Of a stretch of DNA of 64,000 bases, positions 8,842 to 18,320 are shown in pieces. Position numbers and translations under genes: made by a program. The notes under the pieces were generated by a model. The model saw only the letters and a list, made by a program, of their open reading frames with translations, was not told where the DNA came from and ran no database searches. Where the stretch lies: positions 2,816,001 to 2,880,000 of the forward strand of contig OZ241326.1 in assembly GCA_965199855.1 (NCBI GenBank), read 5' to 3'. Each line of letters begins with the position of its first letter. The first letter of the stretch is position 1. This stretch comes from a bacterium. GTDB taxonomy: Bacteria; UBA8248.

Positions 8842-9780
8842 TCATTCTATCAGGCTTCTCAGGTTTCCGGTCAGTTCGTCCGCGCGGAACCAACGGGGAT
8901 CGTTCCGGATGAATATCTCCCGCCCCTTGTATCGCGCGCTTCGGAAGCCGTCCTTTTTCTTCGCCCCGTTTCTCTGGTCGTCCGTCCGGTTGATCGTGTA
9001 GTGCCAGCTTCGGTCGTCGATGGCGCACGCCCACCCGTAGAGGCTCCGCACTTCTTCATGATCGTCATAGGTGAGAAGAAACGGCAGGCGCTTCTCGTTC
9101 CGACGCAGACACGCGGCCAGCCGCTCATGATCCTCCGGCGAGAACGGGCAGTTGTAGAACTTCTGCTGGTCGGCGTCGTAGTAGGGCGGATCGACGAACA
9201 GGAAGCTGCCGTCCGGCAGCTCGTCGATGACGCCCTCGAAGTCCCGCGAGGAGAGCTCCACCCCCTGCAGTTTGTCGGAGACCGTCCGCAGGTGCGGCGG
9301 CCAGTTCTCTGGGCGCATGGAGTATTTCTCGCCGAAGCCCCAGTAGCAGTTTTCCGGCCGCATGATGCCGCTGTAGGAGGTCCGGTTCAGATAATACCAG
9401 CGAAAGGCGCGCTCGAGGTCGCTCTCCGGCCTGTATTCGCTCTTGTAGAAGGCGTGGTTCTCCTTCGTGGCGCGCACGCCGTCGAGCAGGGAGATCAAAG
9501 ACTCCACCCTGTCCCTGATCTGCGCCAGCGTGTTGATGACCTCGGCGTCCAGATCGTTGAGGATGGAGACCCGCGCCTTCCGCTTCGCGAAGAAGATGGA
9601 GGCGCCGCCGGCGAAAGGCTCGCAGTAGCAGGCGTGCGGCGGGACGAGATCGAGAACGAGGCGGCGGGCGTAGAACTTTCCCCCGGGATAGCGGAAGGGC
9701 GAATTCGATTTTCTCGAACGCGGTCTTTCCCCGGGCTTCGCCTCCGCGGCGCGCCCGAACAAAGACGCCTGCGCATTCAT
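8842..9780 (-). CDS. Dam-family (D12 class) DNA adenine methylase
   Basis: SPFRYPGGK, YCEPFAGGASIFF, ILNDLD, YLNRTSYSG, LFVDPPY. Confidence 0.9.
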   Translation of the reverse strand: MNAQASLFGRAAEAKPGERPRSRKSNSPFRYPGGKFYARRLVLDLVPPHACYCEPFAGGASIFFAKRKARVSILNDLDAEVINTLAQIRDRVESLISLLDGVRATKENHAFYKSEYRPESDLERAFRWYYLNRTSYSGIMRPENCYWGFGEKYSMRPENWPPHLRTVSDKLQGVELSSRDFEGVIDELPDGSFLFVDPPYYDADQQKFYNCPFSPEDHERLAACLRRNEKRLPFLLTYDDHEEVRSLYGWACAIDDRSWHYTINRTDDQRNGAKKKDGFRSARYKGREIFIRNDPRWFRADELTGNLRSLIE

Positions 9781-9814
9781 CGTCCCCGCGTCTCCGCCGC
9801 CCGCCCCGGAAAGG

Positions 9815-10099
9815 CTACCCGATCGCCTTCGGGACGCGGAAGTGGCCCCTCCTGAAGTCGGGCGCCATCCGCTCCATGTTCTCGATGGGGGATTCGGTGA
9901 CCTCGTCCTCGCGGAACACGTTCACCAGGTCGAGGACGTGCGAGGTGGGCGGAACGCCCTCGGTGTCCGCCTCGTTCAGCTTCGAGACGTGCTCCAGAAT
10001 CGCGCCGAGCTGCCCGGTGAACTTCTCGACTTCCTCCTCGCTCAGGTTCAGGCGCGCGAGCCTGGAGACGTGAATCACCTCTTCGCGCGAAATCGGCAT
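9815..10099 (-). CDS. gatC: Asp/Glu-tRNA amidotransferase subunit C
   Basis: ISREEVIHVSRLARL...LNEADTEGVPPTSH...NVFREDE...FRVPK. Confidence 0.93.
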   Translation of the reverse strand: MPISREEVIHVSRLARLNLSEEEVEKFTGQLGAILEHVSKLNEADTEGVPPTSHVLDLVNVFREDEVTESPIENMERMAPDFRRGHFRVPKAIG

Positions 10100-10131
10100 G
10101 ACGCTCCCCTCCCCCGCTTCGACGCCCGCCC

Positions 10132-12444
10132 TTATACCTTCGGCCTCTCGCCCGCGTCAACGCCCTCCTCCGCGGGCGAGAGGCGCGCGTAGTTCAGCAC
10201 GAGCTTCCTGCGGCCCGCCTCCTCGAAGTCCACGCTCACCACCGCGCGATCCCCGGTTCCATGGCGCTCCACGACGACGCCCCGCCCGAACTTCTCGTGC
10301 CGCACGCGCGCCCCGGGCGCGTAGGGGCCCAGAGCGGCGGGCGAAACGGCGGACGCGGCGTCCGCCCCGGCGCGGGGCGCGGCCTCCCCCGCCTCCGAGA
10401 GAATCTCCTCGTAGCGCGCCCCGGCGGCGTCGCGCGGCGCGCCCGGGCGTCGCGGGGGCTTTTTGCGGACGGGCGCGTGGTCGCCCACCCGCTTCAGGAA
10501 TTCGGGCGCGATTCCCTCCAGGAACCGGCTCGGCCTGCCCGCCCAGCTCTTCTCCGCCCCCTCCGGCCGCCTCTCCTTCGCCCAGGAGAGGCACAGAATC
10601 TCCTTCGCCCGCGTCGCGCCCACGTAGAGAAGCCTCCGCTCCTCGTCCAGGGACGCCGGCGCGTCCAGGGCGCGGCCGTGCGGAATCAGCCCCTCCTGCG
10701 CGCCGACGATTCCCACCGCCGCGAACTCGAGCCCCTTCGCCGCGTGCAGGGTCATCAGCGAGAGCGCGCCGCTCTCCGCGGAGAACTCGTCCGCCTCGCC
10801 CATCAGCGCCAGCTCCTCGAGAAACAGCGCCTTCGCCTCCTCCGACTCGGGCGCGGCGGCGCCCTCCTCCCGAATCCGCTCCTCGAACGCGGCGGCCGCT
10901 GCGGCGAACTCCCGCGTCCCCTCGATCGCGCGGGCGGCGGCGCGGCGGCGATCGGCCGAGGCGCTCGCGTTCGCGGCTCCCTCCAGCCAGGCGCGATAGC
11001 CCGTCCGCTCCAGCAGCTCCTTGATCAGCCGCGCGGGGCCGGCCTTGAGGGAAGCGAGCGCCCTGATCGTCTCCGTCAGCTCTCCGAGGCTCCGCGCGGC
11101 CTCCCCCTTTATCCGGCCGGCGGCGACGGCCTCCTCCGCGTCGGCCATGGTGAAGCTCTCCGCCCCTTCGGGGGAGATCGCCCGCGCGCGCGTCTCCCCC
11201 AGGCCCCGGGGCGGGCGGTTGACGACGCGGGCGAAGGCCGCCCCGTCCTCCGGCCGGATGAGCGTCCTGAGATAGGCGGCGAGGTCCCGCACCTCGGCGC
11301 GGTCGAAGAAGCGCTGGCCCTTCACCACCCGGTAGGGAATTCCCCGCCTTCGCGCCGCCGCCTCCAGGGGGCGCGACTGCGCGTTGACGCGGTAGAAGAC
11401 GGCGACCTCCCCCCAGGGAACGCGCCCGCCCGCTCCAGCCTCGACGAGGCGGGCGATGATCGCCTCCGCCTCCGCCTCCGGGTCGTCCGCCGCCAGAAAG
11501 CGGACCGCCGCCCCCTCCGGGTTGCTCGTGACCAGGCGCTTGGCGCGGCGCGCGGCGGCGCCGCCCATGACGCGCGAGGCGAAGGCCAGGATGGCGCCGC
11601 TCGAGCGGTAGTTCTCCTCCAGGCGGAACGCGCGCGCCCCGGGGAACCTGCGCTCGAAGTTCAGAATGTTCTCCACGCGCGCCCCCCGCCAGCCGTAGAT
11701 GCCCTGGTCGTCGTCCCCCACGGCGAACACGCGCCCGCGCGCGCGGGAGAGCAGGGCGACCAGCGCGTCCTGGGCTGGGTTGGTGTCCTGGTATTCATCG
11801 ACGAGTATCTCGACGAAGCGCTCCTGATACTTCCGGAGAACGCCGGGACGCGCGCGGAACAGGCGCGGGGGAAGCGCCAGCAGATCGTCGAAGTCCACCG
11901 CGCCCGCCTCGCGCAGGGCGCGCTCGTAGCCGGGCGCCAGCTTCCGCGCCGTCTCGCCCACGCTGAACGGGAGCGGCGGCTCCTCCTCCCCGACCGCCGT
12001 CTTGCGCCGCCCTATCCACTCCAGGACGGCGCGCGGCGAATAGCGCTCCGCGCTGACGCCCGCCGCCTCCATGCGCCGCCTGACGAGCGCGAGGCATTCC
12101 GAGCGCGAGAAGACGGCGAAGTTCCGGGGAAGGCCCGCCGCCTCCGCCTCGGCTCTCAGGATGCGGGCGCAGACGGCGTGAAAGGTGCCCAGCCAGACGC
12201 CCCGCGCCCCCTCTCCCAGGGCGGCGGCCAGGCGCTCGCGCATCTCGCCCGCCGCCTTGTTCGTGAAGGTGATGGCCAGGATCTCCGAGGGGGCGGCGCC
12301 CTCCTCCAGCAGGCGCAGGACGCGGCGGACGAGCACCCGCGTCTTGCCGGAGCCCGCCCCCGCCAGAACCAGGTTCGCGCCCGGAGGCGCCAGCACGGCC
12401 TCCCTCTGCTGGGGGTTCAGGTTCGCCAGGTAGTCCGCGGACAC
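10132..12444 (-). CDS. pcrA: UvrD/PcrA-family DNA helicase
   Basis: LAGAGSGKT, ITFTNKAA, LVDEYQDTN, VGDDDQGIYGWRG, ENYRS, MTLHAAKGLEF, EERRLLYVGATRA; C-terminal Tudor-like VRHEKFGRG. Confidence 0.92.
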   Translation of the reverse strand: MSADYLANLNPQQREAVLAPPGANLVLAGAGSGKTRVLVRRVLRLLEEGAAPSEILAITFTNKAAGEMRERLAAALGEGARGVWLGTFHAVCARILRAEAEAAGLPRNFAVFSRSECLALVRRRMEAAGVSAERYSPRAVLEWIGRRKTAVGEEEPPLPFSVGETARKLAPGYERALREAGAVDFDDLLALPPRLFRARPGVLRKYQERFVEILVDEYQDTNPAQDALVALLSRARGRVFAVGDDDQGIYGWRGARVENILNFERRFPGARAFRLEENYRSSGAILAFASRVMGGAAARRAKRLVTSNPEGAAVRFLAADDPEAEAEAIIARLVEAGAGGRVPWGEVAVFYRVNAQSRPLEAAARRRGIPYRVVKGQRFFDRAEVRDLAAYLRTLIRPEDGAAFARVVNRPPRGLGETRARAISPEGAESFTMADAEEAVAAGRIKGEAARSLGELTETIRALASLKAGPARLIKELLERTGYRAWLEGAANASASADRRRAAARAIEGTREFAAAAAAFEERIREEGAAAPESEEAKALFLEELALMGEADEFSAESGALSLMTLHAAKGLEFAAVGIVGAQEGLIPHGRALDAPASLDEERRLLYVGATRAKEILCLSWAKERRPEGAEKSWAGRPSRFLEGIAPEFLKRVGDHAPVRKKPPRRPGAPRDAAGARYEEILSEAGEAAPRAGADAASAVSPAALGPYAPGARVRHEKFGRGVVVERHGTGDRAVVSVDFEEAGRRKLVLNYARLSPAEEGVDAGERPKV

Positions 12445-12459
12445 GGGCGCGCGGGGGGG

Positions 12460-13236
12460 CTACAGCGGGCGGGGGGCGACGCGCGGCCTCGCGCCCCGGA
12501 AGAACGACTTGGCGGGCCAGACCCCCCTGGCGACGACGGCGCCCGGCGCCACCCAGCAGCCGGGGCCCAGAAGCGCGCCCGGCGAGGTCACCGCGTTGCA
12601 GCCGAGCTCGGCGTCGTCGCCCACCACGGCGCCGAACTTCCCGAGCCCTGTGTCGAGCTCCCCGCCCTCCGCCCGGACGCGGACGCTCCGCGCGGCGCCC
12701 GCGCGCTTCTCCTCCTCCGTCCGGAACCGGAGGTTCGCCAGCTTGACGCCCGCCCCCAGGTTCGCCCGCGCCCCCAGGAGGCTGTCCCCCACGTAGGCGA
12801 AATGCCCCGCCTCCGCGCCGTTCAGAAGCGCGCTGTTCTTCACCTCCGTCGCGTGGCCCACGACCGCGCCGGGGCCGATGAGGCAGTTCTCGCGCAGATA
12901 CGCTCCGTGCCGCAGCTCGGCGCCCCCGCAAAGGAGCGCGGGGCCCTTGATGACGACGCCCGGCTCGACCCGCGCCCCCGCCTCGATGAGCAGGCCGAGC
13001 GAGGGGACTTTCAGCCTCTCCTTCGGGACGAGGAGCCCCTCGCTCACCGCCAGCCCCTCCTCGACGCGCAGGGCGGGGACGTCGGGCGCGGGAGCGTCCG
13101 CCGCGTCCGCCAGCGCGCGGAGGAAGCCTCCCAGCAGGGCGACGGCCTCCCAGACGCGCTCCGCGCCCTCGAACAGCTCCCGGTGGGGAAACGCGCCGAG
13201 TTCCCGGAAATAGGCGTCGGGGGCGGTCGCGCTCAT
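12460..13236 (-). CDS. Stand-alone left-handed beta-helix acetyltransferase (GlmU C-terminal-like)
   Basis: Hexapeptide repeats, HATEVKNS, HFAYVGDS.LG, ANLRF, KFGAVVGD. ATG overlaps the upstream stop (ATGA). Confidence 0.8.
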   Translation of the reverse strand: MSATAPDAYFRELGAFPHRELFEGAERVWEAVALLGGFLRALADAADAPAPDVPALRVEEGLAVSEGLLVPKERLKVPSLGLLIEAGARVEPGVVIKGPALLCGGAELRHGAYLRENCLIGPGAVVGHATEVKNSALLNGAEAGHFAYVGDSLLGARANLGAGVKLANLRFRTEEEKRAGAARSVRVRAEGGELDTGLGKFGAVVGDDAELGCNAVTSPGALLGPGCWVAPGAVVARGVWPAKSFFRGARPRVAPRPL

Positions 13237-15155
13237 TCGCCGACCCCCAGATGCCACGCGCCCAGCGGCGTGATGCGCAGGCCGTCCCCCTCCGTCTCCG
13301 CCAGTCCGCCGCGCAGCGCCTCCCCGCGGACGCCCGCCGGGCGGACGGGCGCGCCGAAGTCGTCCGCGTCCAGAAGCGCGTCCATCGCCGCCGCGTCCAT
13401 GCCGCCCTCCCGCAGGGCCTCGAGCAGGCGCCTCTCCGCCCGCGCGCCGGGAGAGGCGGCGTCCTTCATCCGCGCCAGAATCTCGCGCAGAACCTCCTCC
13501 CCGACGGCGGAGAGCCTCTCCGCCCAGGCCGCGGGGCCCCTGAGAACCACGCCCGTCCTGCTCTCGGTGCCCGAGCTTCTCGCGTAGATCGCCCCCAGCG
13601 GCGCGCCCGCCGCGTCCTCCAGGACGAGGCGCAGGACGCCGGGGTCGTCCTCCAGGGGCGCCCAGCGCGGCGCGGCGGCTCCCTCGAAGGCGGCCTCCGC
13701 GCTCGCCATGAGCCTCGCCGCCACGGCCTCGCGCGCCGCGCCCCCCGGCGCGAGGCGGCGCCTGTCCACGTGGTAGGCGTAGCGCGACTCCTTGAACCCC
13801 CGCGGAAACGGGGCGGCGAGGACGGCGTGCGCCTCCTCCGGCGTCGCGTCCTCAAGGAGGCCGCGCGCCGCCGCGCAGGTGTTGAGAAAGCTCTTGAGGC
13901 CGTCTCCCGCCGCGATTCTTCTTCCCTCGCCCGCCGCGTTGGCGAGCAGGCCCGGAACGACCGTATGCCCCGATTCCTCCCCGCCCATGACGAAGCCGTC
14001 CCCCAGCCTTCGCGCCTCGCGCAGAATCCACTTGTCCCCGACGGGGGTGAAGACCACCCGCAGCCCCATGCGCGCGAGCGCGGACGCCGCCCCGGAGTCG
14101 CTCTCTATCGTGAGGACGGCCGCCCCGCCCTCGGGCAGCTCGCCCTCGCGCGCGAGAAAGCGCGCCTGGAGGACGAGGGCGTCGTCCCCGTCCAGGACGC
14201 GGAGCGCGTCCCCGAAGGGGTCGTAAAAGAGGGCGCAGCTCCTGTCGCCGTCCGCGTCGAAGACGCAGGCCGCCGCCAGCCCCTCGCCGCGCCGAAGCGC
14301 CCCGCGCCGCGCGCGGCCCGCCTCGAGGAGCGCGCGCGCCCCCGCGTGGGCGGCGAGGAAGCTTTCGTCCGTCCTCCGGACGGCGCGCCTGCCCTCGAGC
14401 GCGACCGCGCCGCCGCCCTCGTTCACCCGCCCGCGGCCCAGGGGGTTCACCTCCCTGACGCTCCGGGGGGAGAACCCCTCGACAATCTGGGCGGCCAGCC
14501 CGCTCCACGCCCCGCCCGCCGCGTCGATCGCCACGTCCCACCCGGCGAGCGCGCCCTCGCGCAGCCAGCAGTTGGGCAGCCGCGCGAGGTAGTCCGAATA
14601 GAACGCGCGCGCCTCCGCCGCCGCCTCCACGCGGCGCCCGCCCGCGCGGACGCTCTCGGCCGGAGGCCAGCCGCCCGCCCAGACGCGGGCGCTCAGGGCG
14701 GCGTCCTCCTCCGGCAGGGGCTTGGCCGAATCGGGGGAGAGGAGGATTTTCACGCCGTTCTGCTCCGCCGGGTTGTGCGAGGCGGTGAGCGCCGCCGCCC
14801 CCGCCCCGCCCACGCCCGCCAGATAGACCGCCGCCGCCGGGGTGGGCAGCACGCCCGTCACGAGGACGTGCGCCCCCGCGCGGGCGAGGGCGTCCGCGCA
14901 CGCGGAGGAGAGCTCTCCGCTCTCGTCCCTCGGGTCCCAGGCCAGCACGACCGCCGTCGGGGAGATGAGCCGCTCGGAGGCCCTCTCCAGCAGCCAGACG
15001 CCCGTCTCGAAGACGTAGTGCGCGATGAACGCGGGCGTGAGGACGCCGCTTTCCGCGAACGCCGCGCGGGCGTCCGCCCCCGCCGCCCGGGGGTGGGACT
15101 CGTCCACCACCAGGCCGCGAACCCCGTCCGTTCCCTGAAGCGCGGCCTTCGGCAT
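13233..15155 (-). CDS. glmM: Phosphoglucosamine mutase / alpha-D-phosphohexomutase
   Basis: Start re-set to MPKAALQGTDGVRG. Motifs LTASHNP (phosphoserine), FDADGDR (metal), GGEESGH, SGTE; follows glmS. Confidence 0.8.
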   Translation of the reverse strand: MPKAALQGTDGVRGLVVDESHPRAAGADARAAFAESGVLTPAFIAHYVFETGVWLLERASERLISPTAVVLAWDPRDESGELSSACADALARAGAHVLVTGVLPTPAAAVYLAGVGGAGAAALTASHNPAEQNGVKILLSPDSAKPLPEEDAALSARVWAGGWPPAESVRAGGRRVEAAAEARAFYSDYLARLPNCWLREGALAGWDVAIDAAGGAWSGLAAQIVEGFSPRSVREVNPLGRGRVNEGGGAVALEGRRAVRRTDESFLAAHAGARALLEAGRARRGALRRGEGLAAACVFDADGDRSCALFYDPFGDALRVLDGDDALVLQARFLAREGELPEGGAAVLTIESDSGAASALARMGLRVVFTPVGDKWILREARRLGDGFVMGGEESGHTVVPGLLANAAGEGRRIAAGDGLKSFLNTCAAARGLLEDATPEEAHAVLAAPFPRGFKESRYAYHVDRRRLAPGGAAREAVAARLMASAEAAFEGAAAPRWAPLEDDPGVLRLVLEDAAGAPLGAIYARSSGTESRTGVVLRGPAAWAERLSAVGEEVLREILARMKDAASPGARAERRLLEALREGGMDAAAMDALLDADDFGAPVRPAGVRGEALRGGLAETEGDGLRITPLGAWHLGVGE

Positions 15156-15178
15156 GGCGGGAGAGGGGGCCTGAGGTC

Positions 15179-17002
15179 TCAGGCGACGGTGACGGACTTC
15201 GCCAGGGCGCGCGGCCTGTCCACGTCGCGCTTGAGCGCCACCGCGAGAAAGTAGGCCAGCAGCTGCCCCGCCACCATGTGCAGGAAGGGGGCGAGCGTCG
15301 CGGAGACCCTCGGCAGCGCGATTTCCTCGCTGAACAGCCCCCGCGACGCCTCGTCCCCGTCGAAGCGGTAGCCCAGCAGGAAGCCGCCCCGCGCGCGAAC
15401 CTCCTCCGCGCTGCTCCGCGTGAGGGCGTGCAGCGCGGCCTCCTCGGGCGCGGGCATGAGGACGACGCTGCGCATGTTCTCGTCTATCAGGGAGATGGTG
15501 CCGTGCTTCAGGAAGCCCGCGCTCATGCCCTCGGCGTGGAGGTAGGTGACCTCCTTCATCTTGAGGGCGCACTCGAGCGCCGCGGGGTAATAGACGCCCC
15601 GGCCCAGGTAGAACCAGTTTTTCATGTGCTGGTGCGCTCCCGCCGCCGCGTGGAGGAAGCCGGAGCGCTCGTTGAGCGTCTCCAGCACCAGCTCCGGCAG
15701 GGAGGCCGCCTCCTCGCGCAGCGCCGCGGCCCCGCGCGCGTCCAGGCGTCCGCCGAGGCGGCCCAGCTCGAGGGCGGCGAGCAGCAGGATGACCGCCTGG
15801 CTCAGGGCGGCCTTCGTGCTGATGACGCACTTCTCCGGCCCCGCCCGCTGGAGAACGGGGACGTCCACCGAGCGCGCCAGGGTGGAGCCCGGCACGTTCA
15901 CTATCGCCGCCGTCCGCGCCCCTCCCTCCTTCGCGTGGCGCAGGGCGCTCAGGGTGTCGTAGGTCTCCCCCGACTGGCTGACGGCGCAAAAGGCGTCCCC
16001 GGGGCCGACTTCGGCGAGATGGGGAAATTCGTCCGTGCTGACGACGGGCAGGTATCTCCCGGCCAGGCGGCTGAAGAAATACTGGCCCATCGAGGCGGCG
16101 TAGAAGGTCGTGCCCACCCCGCCCAGGAAGCAGCGCTCCGACCCGTGAATCATCCGCGCCAGCGCGCGAATCTCCTCCGCCGGTATGTCGAGGGCGGCCT
16201 GGACGGTGGAGGGCTGATCGTAAATCTCCTTGAGCATGAAGTGGGGATAGCCGCCCCGGCGCGCCGTCTCCGCGCTCCATTCGATTTCGGTGACCCGCCT
16301 GTCGATTCTCTCGCGCGTGAGCAGGCTCCTGACCACGCAGCCGGCGGGGGTCACAAGCGCGTATTCGCCGTCCTCCATGATGATCGCCTGACGGGTGAAC
16401 TCGATGAACGCGCTGAAGTCGGAGCCCACGTAGCTGGCGTCGTCGCCCAGCCCGATGATGAGGGGCGACTCGCGCCTCGCGCAGAAAATCGTCCCCGGCG
16501 CGTCGGCGGAGACCATCGCCAGCGCGAAGGCGCCCTCCAGCTCCTCGATCGCCTCGACGAAGCCCGCCTCCGCGTCGCCGCCGCTCCGCGCGATCTTCTC
16601 CGCCGCCAGATGCGCGATCACCTCCGTGTCGGTCTCGGAGCGGAACGCGGCGCCCCCCGCCGCCAGCCGCCCGCGCAGCTCCCTGTAGTTCGAGATGATG
16701 CCGTTGTGCACCACGGCCAGGCGGCTCTCGCCGTCGGCGTGGGGGTGGGCGTTCGCCCGGGTCACCCCGCCGTGCGTCGCCCAGCGCGTGTGGGCGATGC
16801 CCACCGCCCCCTTCATGTCCGAGAAGCGCTCGACGGCGTTCACCGCCTCGACGGTGCCCACGTTCTTGCGGATGTCGATGACGCCGTTCCGCTGGACGGC
16901 CATGCCGCAGGAGTCGTAGCCCCGGTATTCCAGGGCGGCTATCGAGCGCAGGAGCTTCCTCGACACGTTCGCGCGCGCCGCCATGCCCGCGATGCCGCAC
17001 AT
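15179..17002 (-). CDS. glmS: Glutamine-fructose-6-phosphate transaminase
   Basis: MCGIAG N-terminus, LEYRGYDS, HTRWATHG, SQSGET, ALKMKE, LKHG, LAKSVTV. Confidence 0.95.
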   Translation of the reverse strand: MCGIAGMAARANVSRKLLRSIAALEYRGYDSCGMAVQRNGVIDIRKNVGTVEAVNAVERFSDMKGAVGIAHTRWATHGGVTRANAHPHADGESRLAVVHNGIISNYRELRGRLAAGGAAFRSETDTEVIAHLAAEKIARSGGDAEAGFVEAIEELEGAFALAMVSADAPGTIFCARRESPLIIGLGDDASYVGSDFSAFIEFTRQAIIMEDGEYALVTPAGCVVRSLLTRERIDRRVTEIEWSAETARRGGYPHFMLKEIYDQPSTVQAALDIPAEEIRALARMIHGSERCFLGGVGTTFYAASMGQYFFSRLAGRYLPVVSTDEFPHLAEVGPGDAFCAVSQSGETYDTLSALRHAKEGGARTAAIVNVPGSTLARSVDVPVLQRAGPEKCVISTKAALSQAVILLLAALELGRLGGRLDARGAAALREEAASLPELVLETLNERSGFLHAAAGAHQHMKNWFYLGRGVYYPAALECALKMKEVTYLHAEGMSAGFLKHGTISLIDENMRSVVLMPAPEEAALHALTRSSAEEVRARGGFLLGYRFDGDEASRGLFSEEIALPRVSATLAPFLHMVAGQLLAYFLAVALKRDVDRPRALAKSVTVA

Positions 17003-17062
17003 TTTCATTCTCCTCCCGGGCGAGAGGGCGGCGTCCTCGGGAGGCGCCGGGCGCCGCGCATT

Positions 17063-18268
17063 CTAGTCCGCCTCCGCCGGCCAGGTGCAGTGGTGCGGAA
17101 TGACCTCGCCGGGCGGAACGACGGAGCCCGGCGCCAGCGTGTTCGAGGCGCCCACCCGCGCCCCGTCGCCCAGGAAGGAGCCCACCTTGTCGAGGCCGGA
17201 ATCCACCGCTCCCCCCGGCATCCGCACCGCGACGGGAGACTGATCCTCGTTCTGGATGAGCGTCATCGTCCCCGAGCCCACGACGGCGCCCTCGCCGACC
17301 ACGCTGTCGCTCACGAACGACATGCGCCCCACCCGGACGCCGTCCAGCAGGGTGCAGTTCTTGAGCTCCACGCCGAACCCGACGACGGCGTTCGCGCCGA
17401 TGGCCGTGTAGGGGCGCACCAGAACGCCGTTTCCCAGAAACGCGCCCTCCCCGATGAAGCAGGGGCCGAAGATGGAGGTGCCCGATTCGATCACCACGTT
17501 CCTCTCGATCCGCGCGGGGCCGCGAAACTGCACCGTGCCCCTGAGCCGCACGCTGCCGTCCACGCGCGCCTCCGTCCATCCGTCCATGACCATCCGGTTG
17601 CCCTTGAGCAGGTCCCAGGGATGCCGGGCGTCCAGCCAGGGATCCTCCTGGATCGAGGAGCGCAGGCCCTCCTTCGCGCAAAGCTCGTTCATCGCCTCGT
17701 CCATGTCGAGGCGCTCCAGCAGGTCGAACAGCCGGTAGGGCATGACGAACAGGCCGGCGAGAACGTAGTTGCCCATCTCGCGCGCCGCGGGCTTCTCCAC
17801 CAGCCGCTCGATGCGCATGTCCTCGCCGAGGTAGACCGTCCCGTAGTTCTGGGCGTCGGAGGTGTGGCAAATCGCCGCCACGGGCTGCCCGAAGGAGCCG
17901 AACATCTGGACGACCCGCCGATACATGCCCTCCGACGCCAGCACGTCCGCGTACGCCAGCAGAAACGACTCGTCCTCCCGGAAGCATTCCCTCGCCAGCC
18001 GCGCGGCGTCGCGGATGCCCGTCGGCTCGCTCTGGCGAACGTAGCGAATCGTCACCCCGTGGCGCGCGCCCTGGCCGAACTCGTCGATGATGCACTCGGC
18101 GCGATGCCCGACCACGACGACCAGGTCGCTCACGCCGGCGGCGCGCATCTTCTCCACGGCCGAGCGCAGGAGAACCTCGCCCGCCACCGGCAGCATGGAC
18201 TTGGGCCGGGTGCTCGTGAAGGGGTAGAGGCCGGCACCTTGGCCGGCCGCCAGAACCAGAGCTCTCAA
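17063..18268 (-). CDS. Archaeal-type bifunctional sugar-1-phosphate nucleotidylyltransferase/acetyltransferase
   Basis: LVLAAGQG...PFTSTRPK.MLPVAG, LVEKP, PWDLL, followed by hexapeptide repeats and VELKNC...SFVSDSVVG. Confidence 0.8.
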   Translation of the reverse strand: MRALVLAAGQGAGLYPFTSTRPKSMLPVAGEVLLRSAVEKMRAAGVSDLVVVVGHRAECIIDEFGQGARHGVTIRYVRQSEPTGIRDAARLARECFREDESFLLAYADVLASEGMYRRVVQMFGSFGQPVAAICHTSDAQNYGTVYLGEDMRIERLVEKPAAREMGNYVLAGLFVMPYRLFDLLERLDMDEAMNELCAKEGLRSSIQEDPWLDARHPWDLLKGNRMVMDGWTEARVDGSVRLRGTVQFRGPARIERNVVIESGTSIFGPCFIGEGAFLGNGVLVRPYTAIGANAVVGFGVELKNCTLLDGVRVGRMSFVSDSVVGEGAVVGSGTMTLIQNEDQSPVAVRMPGGAVDSGLDKVGSFLGDGARVGASNTLAPGSVVPPGEVIPHHCTWPAEAD

Positions 18269-18320
18269 AAGACGCCTCTCGGAGGTTCGCCGGGCATGGC
18301 CCGGAAGCGGGCGGCTGCGC

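Noticed and set aside
10261-13587. Very long plus-strand ORFs (e.g. 10261-13587, 15278-18352, 58062-62513, 313-1218)
   Set aside because: Antisense shadows of well-supported minus-strand genes. High GC suppresses stops, and the translations are Arg/Ala/Pro-rich with no motifs.
13233-18095. Apparent 1620-aa giant protein
   Set aside because: Only the last 640 aa (from 15155) are the mutase; the rest is an alternative frame over glmS and the nucleotidylyltransferase.
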